Shown here: in pieces, positions 58,901 through 64,000 of the stretch
How the letters are laid out: each line of letters opens with the position of its first letter
How positions within the stretch are numbered: position 1 is the first letter of the stretch
Source of the DNA: Oopsacas minuta
Lineage: Eukaryota > Animalia > Porifera
Assembly: GCA_024704765.1 (NCBI GenBank)
Contig: JAKMXF010000321.1
Span: forward strand, 1,054,001 to 1,118,000
Reading direction: 5' to 3'
Length of the DNA: 64,000 nt
The notes under the pieces: model-generated
The model's input: the letters and a program-made list of their open reading frames with translations, nothing else
What the model was told of the DNA's origin: nothing
Database searches by the model: none
Translations under genes and position numbers: made by a program

Positions 58901-61900
58901 ACAACATCATCAACAACCACCACAACAACTTGTAAATTGGAATCAAGACACTCAACCTGGATTGATGGAACAAATGACAACCAAGAGACGTCAACACTCT
59001 GTATGTTAGACTTAATTATGATTAAACATAGCCTACTATACATAAGGCCTCGCAGGTCCTTTGGATTTTGAACTGGGGATGTACGTGTCGACCGAAGTAT
59101 TTATATGAAGTTTCTACATTTTAGAAACGACTCATTATTTCCTGAATAAATGTGTTGCATATATGTAGAACACCCCATATTGGTCATTTTTAACATTATG
59201 CAATAATCTTCAGTGATATCGTAAAAATGTATTACAAAGGTATGGAAAGTCGGCTATTTACTACAAATTGGCTACCCTGATTTAACAATAAACATAACCT
59301 ACTATACATAAGGCTTCACAACTAATTATGGATATTGGACCAGGAATGTACGCCAACTCATCATGGGATTGTACGTCATCATGACTTTACAAAAATATCC
59401 AATTATCCAAATTTCGAAAGATTCAGAATTTCTTAATACTTGAGTCACGAAGTGCCAAGATTACTAACCAAAGGCGGCATAGCATCTCTAGTGTGGGGAC
59501 ATGCACATGTCAGAATTTACTGTTCTGATCTTGTCAGAATCGGGTTTTTAGAGTTCTGCACTTGTCAGAATAGTTTTTATCGAGTTTTGACTTTGTCAGA
59601 ATGGGTTTTAGCGAGTTTAATGTGCTCCGATTTGGGAGAATTAATTTTTGCATTTAGTTTCGACAGTATTTAGTTGTTTATTGTTTGGGATTGACGGATT
59701 TAAATATCACCTTCCGGTAAATCTTTAAATATAGCTGTATTATAAAAACACCAAGCCAGTTATCCAAATAATGTACTGAAATGCCTGCTCTTCTCAGCAC
59801 AAGCAAAGCTAGCTAGATAATCCAATCGAAATCCAATTCTCCCAAAGTCAAAACTCGATAAAACTATTCTGACAAGTGCAGAAACTAAATTTTCTGACAA
59901 AATCAGAACAGTACATTCTGACATGTGCAGCTCCCCCTCTAGCGTCACCACAGAAGACGATTGAATGTAATTTGGATGGACCATGGATAATAAAATCTTA
60001 AATTTGAACTATTCTGTGAATTCAAGGCAAGTAGTGGCGAGTATATTCTGTCGCGTATCGACCAATAACACTATTAAATTTAGTTGTTTGATACTTGAGC
60101 TAGCCTGGAGCACTAAGCTGTCACGCAGCCACCTAGCAAGCGAAGCGCGATAGTAGCTATTATTTTGCTTTTCTTTATAGAATGGATATCAATTTAATAT
60201 GAACGACTTTCCATCAAACTCCAATCAAGGAGAGATGGAATTTGGTAGATATTCTCACCCTCATTCTCTGTCTCAGCTCCAGCCCCAGCCCCAGCATGTC
60301 GCGTCGAATTTTCCCTCCAGACATACGCGGGCACACTCTAATGTCGACCACATAACTTTACCTCTGCCTAACGGCTGGGAGAGAAGATTTACTCCAGAAG
60401 GTGAAGTATTCTATGTTGACCATAACAGTCGTACTACTTCATGGAAACATCCAGGCCTTCTAGCACCTTCTTTTTTTCCTCAACAAGGTAACGCTGACTT
60501 TTAATTATCGCTATTTAGAATTAATTCTAAACTACTACAAAATCAATTTTTGAGGCATATAATGTTTAATTGTACGTAATATTAACCTTCTTGATTTATA
60601 AGTAATCTAAAGTTTGGGTTATATTTTTGATAATTGATTACATTAAGACTTTGAAAAGCTTCCCCCAAATTTAACATCCTAGATAGAACCCTGGCCCTGC
60701 TTAGGATAATTACACTTAGGGCAAGTACCAGGGAAGGCCAATGATCCGGTATTCCCGGGCTAGGTCGGGGTCAGTATTTTCAAATCCGGGCTAATGCTCC
60801 GTTTCCCCCTAGGACCGCTACTAAGAGGGCCAGTAGGCCACTAGCAAGTACATGGGTACACTTATGAAGTAATTAACGTATTTTAAGATAGCAGCTCCCT
60901 CCTGAAGGTGAATAGAATTAATCCTCTCCAGGGTGACTATTCGAGTAATCACGGTACATTAGGTAATTCTGTGTTTGTGTTGCCCAATTAGTTTAGCTGA
61001 AAATAAATAATTCAGCAATTTCTTGAATATTTGTACTGTGAATATACTACTAATCTAATAGGCTATATTCCCTGTTGTATAAATAATAAAACTCAGTAGT
61101 ATATGTAGCTTTCGGTAGGTTTGTTCTTATATCTAGTAGTTTCTCATAACCGATAATATTTCAATAAGAAAGGATGGGAATTAGTCACAAGCCATGGTTC
61201 TTATCGCTGGAATTTTCTTCGCAGGACTATTATTAGGCCATATAAAATAATATACTTGTTTATCATCTCCTCCCGCCCCATTTAATCTCCCTCCTCCGCA
61301 ATTTTTTATTTTAATACATATCTTTATTTAATACATATATTCGTAGATGAGCATCTTCGAAACAAGCTAATTATTTAACACTAGCGCCCTTCGCTTGCTA
61401 GGTCGCTGAGCAGTGTGGCTAACCATGCGATTTTTCGAAAATCCAAAAAGGTGGCAATGGCATCATAATTTCGTCAGGTGTTAATTTTCGTCCAAGACTC
61501 AAACCTGTCCGAGTCAACCCCAAATACCCCTCCCTGTATGGCAAAAATCAGCCCTGGGGTGTGCACGAAATTTGTATTACTATTATTTTGTATCATTACA
61601 CTGGGCAACATCAAATTTATTCCTCAAATGAAAATATATTACCTAGACTAACTTTGGGATGTTGATTCCAAATCTGAAATCAGAATTGGTCTATCACGTC
61701 AGGATTTCAAGATATGAAAATTCACGAAATTCGGATTTTGCATTGATTGGCACTATATTATAAGGTACTATACAGTACAAGTTAGGCCTATTGTACAATT
61801 TTCTTTCCCAGCGAATTGTTGGTCAACAATGCATATTATGTACGGTTAATATTAACATTATTTTGTAAATGTAATGTTCTATCTTTTGACAATTAATGCA

Positions 61901-63802
61901 TTCTTGAGTGTTCTTGGCCATGGCTATAAGGAGGGGTTATTTAGCCTACTTGCGGGTGGATTGTAGACTGTATCGATAAACCAACAACATTACTGTTTTG
62001 CAGAATTTTTAGTTTGTAACTGATTGTGTATTTAAGCTTTTTGTTTACAATGAATACGAGCAGAAGACAATGCACGAACCACCCAGATAACTTCTGCTAT
62101 ATTTGTGGAAAATTTACGCCGAAGCCCCAGCGAAGAAATATTGCCAATCGTGTCAAGATTGGCTACAAGTATTACTTTGGTTGCAAAGTTGGTGACCAAG
62201 ACAAGAACTGGGCACCTCACATCTGCTGTACCGTCTGCTATGCCAGTCTAATCCAATGGCTTAATGGAAAGAAGAAATCCATGCCATTTGCGGTACCTAT
62301 GATTTGGCGAGAACTTAAAAACCATACGTCGGATTGTTATTTTTGCACAACAAATATTGCTGGATTTTCGACCTCTATACCGTGATGGAATCGCGGTATA
62401 GAGGTCGATTTAACCCAAACATGATGGGGGACTACTGCTGGTTTCTCCAGCGTGAAACTGACACTGAACATGCTCGAAAGAGCAAGTGTATAAAGCACTT
62501 TTGAGAGGATACAATGTTATTTTTGTCTGGTTTAATCATCCTGGGTTGTGTTAAATTGTGCAAAATGATAATTCTGTTATTTTCACTAGCAATTACTGTG
62601 TTTATTACATGTAATGTTTTGTTCTGCACAGCCAAAATTAGCCAAAATGACAATTACGGGTTGTTGTGTGCATATGTCATATCTCAAAAACGTGACGTGT
62701 TAGAAAAAATCTAAGGCCAGATTTGGATTCAGCATAGCCATATTAGTCTAGGTAAACTTGAAACGAGCAAGGAATAAAAGATAAGTTGTAAAATGTTGTC
62801 CAGTGTTATTATTAAATTGTACAATAATTCAGATTATAGAGAGGAAGTGAATATTTATTTTTCCATATACAGTGTAAGCTTAATACGAACACCAACGGAC
62901 CGTACGGTTAAAATGTATTGGCATTTCCGGAGTTCATAAACCGGAGTATTATCCATTGAAGTACGGTTGTAGGGACCTGATTATGCACGAATATTGTTCG
63001 TCTTATCAGAAATTCGTATTAACGAGATAGTTTAAATAAATTAGTAAAATTACGCTAAGCAAAAAATAAAATAAAATACCGCCCCCCGCCCTTATTCGCA
63101 GAAAAAAATGGATGAGAAACAAGTAATTTATTTTACATGGCCTTATGAAAATTTATTACAATTGAATATTGGTTAGTTCTATTGAATTATTGAAGAAACA
63201 TATATTTTATCCTGAAAAATTACTAAAAGGTGAAGTTATGTCTATCCCCCTATAATATAGTATCATATCCCGATTAGTATCACTAATATGTCAATACGTA
63301 ATGGAATCAATTAGATATTAACTGGTATCTCGAGCTAGTGCTAATAGAACCTTCCACAAAATCAAAATTTGTAGATCACCCCTTATCCCGTGCCAATGGA
63401 ATTGTCTTTCTAACAAAAAGTTTGTACATACCGAAAAGGCTTACAACCGGCGTTCTTATAACCCGTACTCTTCTAATACAAAAACTATTGTAAGAAAATC
63501 GGTACAGGATTGAGAAATGGTTCATTACCGATATCCACTGTACAATTACTTTAGAGGATATATGCTATCAAGAGTAAGAGTAGTTATAAATTGTGATAAT
63601 TTTCATACTATCCCATTATTTGGTAATAAAATATCATATCTATCTTTAGCAATGGGATCTCCACAGCATCGACCCTCCTGCTTTCAACCCGGAGAGCTCA
63701 CCACTATCAGGGAAATAGCACAGCAACAGCAATTGCTGTCTAGAATGAATCTCAGTGATGAACCATTTTACTCACACTCTCATCAGGGTTCTCAGGACTC
63801 AG
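55277..63802 (+). CDS. YAP1: YAP/Yorkie orthologue, partial (exons 55277-55704, 58769-59000, 60181-60487, 63650-63802; continues beyond the window)
   Basis: TEAD-binding motifs LDELFN and [13 protein letters not shown]; LATS/14-3-3 site HTRSRSSPA; HTRAHS; WW domain [29 protein letters not shown]; degron-like [10 protein letters not shown]. Splice phases 2/0/1 are mutually consistent. Confidence 0.88.
55595..55683 (+). repeat. In-frame 21-bp repeat x4 (TTPFPGS) in YAP exon 1
   Basis: AC(A/C/T)ACTCCATTTCCTGG(TAGT) units read directly. Confidence 0.95.
55939..55969. repeat. (AAT)n microsatellite
   Basis: About 10 consecutive AAT units. Confidence 0.95.
56096..56298. mobile_element. Tc1/mariner-type MITE (same family as 8951-9185)
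   Basis: TA-CCGTAAAATGGCCCTACTTTG ... CAAAGTAGTCCCATTTTACTG-TA. Confidence 0.65.
56556..57063. mobile_element. Foldback element, ~217-bp arms with a 75-bp spacer, in YAP intron 1
   Basis: 56556-56772 is the reverse complement of 56848-57063 with only scattered mismatches. Confidence 0.9.
57845..57905 (+). mobile_element. Helitron-like 3' end
   Basis: CGAGCAAGCGAAGCGGCTCGTA hairpin. Related GCAAGCGAAG.GC motifs occur at ~60135 and, reversed, at ~61385. Confidence 0.4.
59495..59936. mobile_element. MULE-type MITE
   Basis: GGGG...CCCC ends, ~100-bp TIRs with TGTCAGAAT repeats, 9-bp TSD CTCTAGTGT / CTCTAGCGT (8/9). Confidence 0.8.
61599..62805 (+). mobile_element. Chapaev3-type transposon, internal-deletion derivative, in a YAP intron
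   Basis: TIR CACTGGGCAACA / TGTTGTCCAGTG; 3-bp TSD TTA. N-terminal [32 protein letters not shown] (62050-62375) joined to C-terminal [15 protein letters not shown]. Confidence 0.85.
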
Positions 63803-64000
63803 GTATGAAATTACCGTAACATTGTACAATTATCAACTGTCTTGCTAATACAATAATACTCAATACTGTAAGTCAGTGTTTCTCGACTTTTTCTAACTAC
63901 GGCAAACTTATTTCATTTATAATATTCAAGGCACACTTGTCTAAGGTAAATTCAATTTCAAACCGCAATGGAAAGATGTCCTTGAATTTTACCAAATATA

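Noticed and set aside
61165-61250. [15 protein letters not shown] as a second YAP WW exon
   Set aside because: Lacks the aromatic pair, the NH and the second Trp-x-x-Pro; no convincing splice sites in the required phase.
63517-63649. 5' part of the 100-aa ORF 63517-63819
   Set aside because: Intronic; only 63650-63802 fits the YAP exon by splice phase and motif.
1-64000. rRNA, tRNA or other structured RNA genes
   Set aside because: None recognised by eye; tRNAscan-SE and Infernal would be needed to exclude them.

Overview
AT-rich eukaryotic (metazoan) genomic DNA with GT-AG introns. The compact, mostly intronless host genes and TRAF/NHL content suggest a basal animal such as a glass sponge (inference only). 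Host genes in order: divergent actin, stand-alone MARF1-type RRM, SLX9/FAM207A, ACBD3, NHL-repeat protein, TRAF-like, ARMC2, ODF3/CIMAP1-like, NDUFAF3, beta-hexosaminidase, SAAL1, a 2.66k-aa RNA-silencing multi-enzyme, and a YAP/Yorkie orthologue that runs off the right end. Highlight 1: a single-exon protein fusing a Zn-binding domain, a Dicer/RIG-I-type DExH helicase, a cellular RdRP (DLDGD) and a Cid1/TUTase-type nucleotidyltransferase, so that the activities of an RdRP complex sit in one chain. Highlight 2: a 6.1-kb KDZ (Kyakuja/Zisupton-type) transposon with an 8-bp TSD. It carries a second spliced gene (NRF1/EWG-like DNA-binding domain + Ulp1 protease + PHD), and its termini are arrays of a near-NRF1 motif (TGCGCATGTCCA). 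It sits in the THAP domain of a dead P element. That P element lies inside a 14-kb MULE-bounded segment that also holds an intact mariner and an NHL gene. Also present: an apparently intact Ginger2-type element with ~245-bp repeat-built TIRs, a Chapaev3 deletion derivative and many MITEs. Family assignments come from recalled motifs, not database searches. No rRNA, tRNA or CRISPR was recognised.
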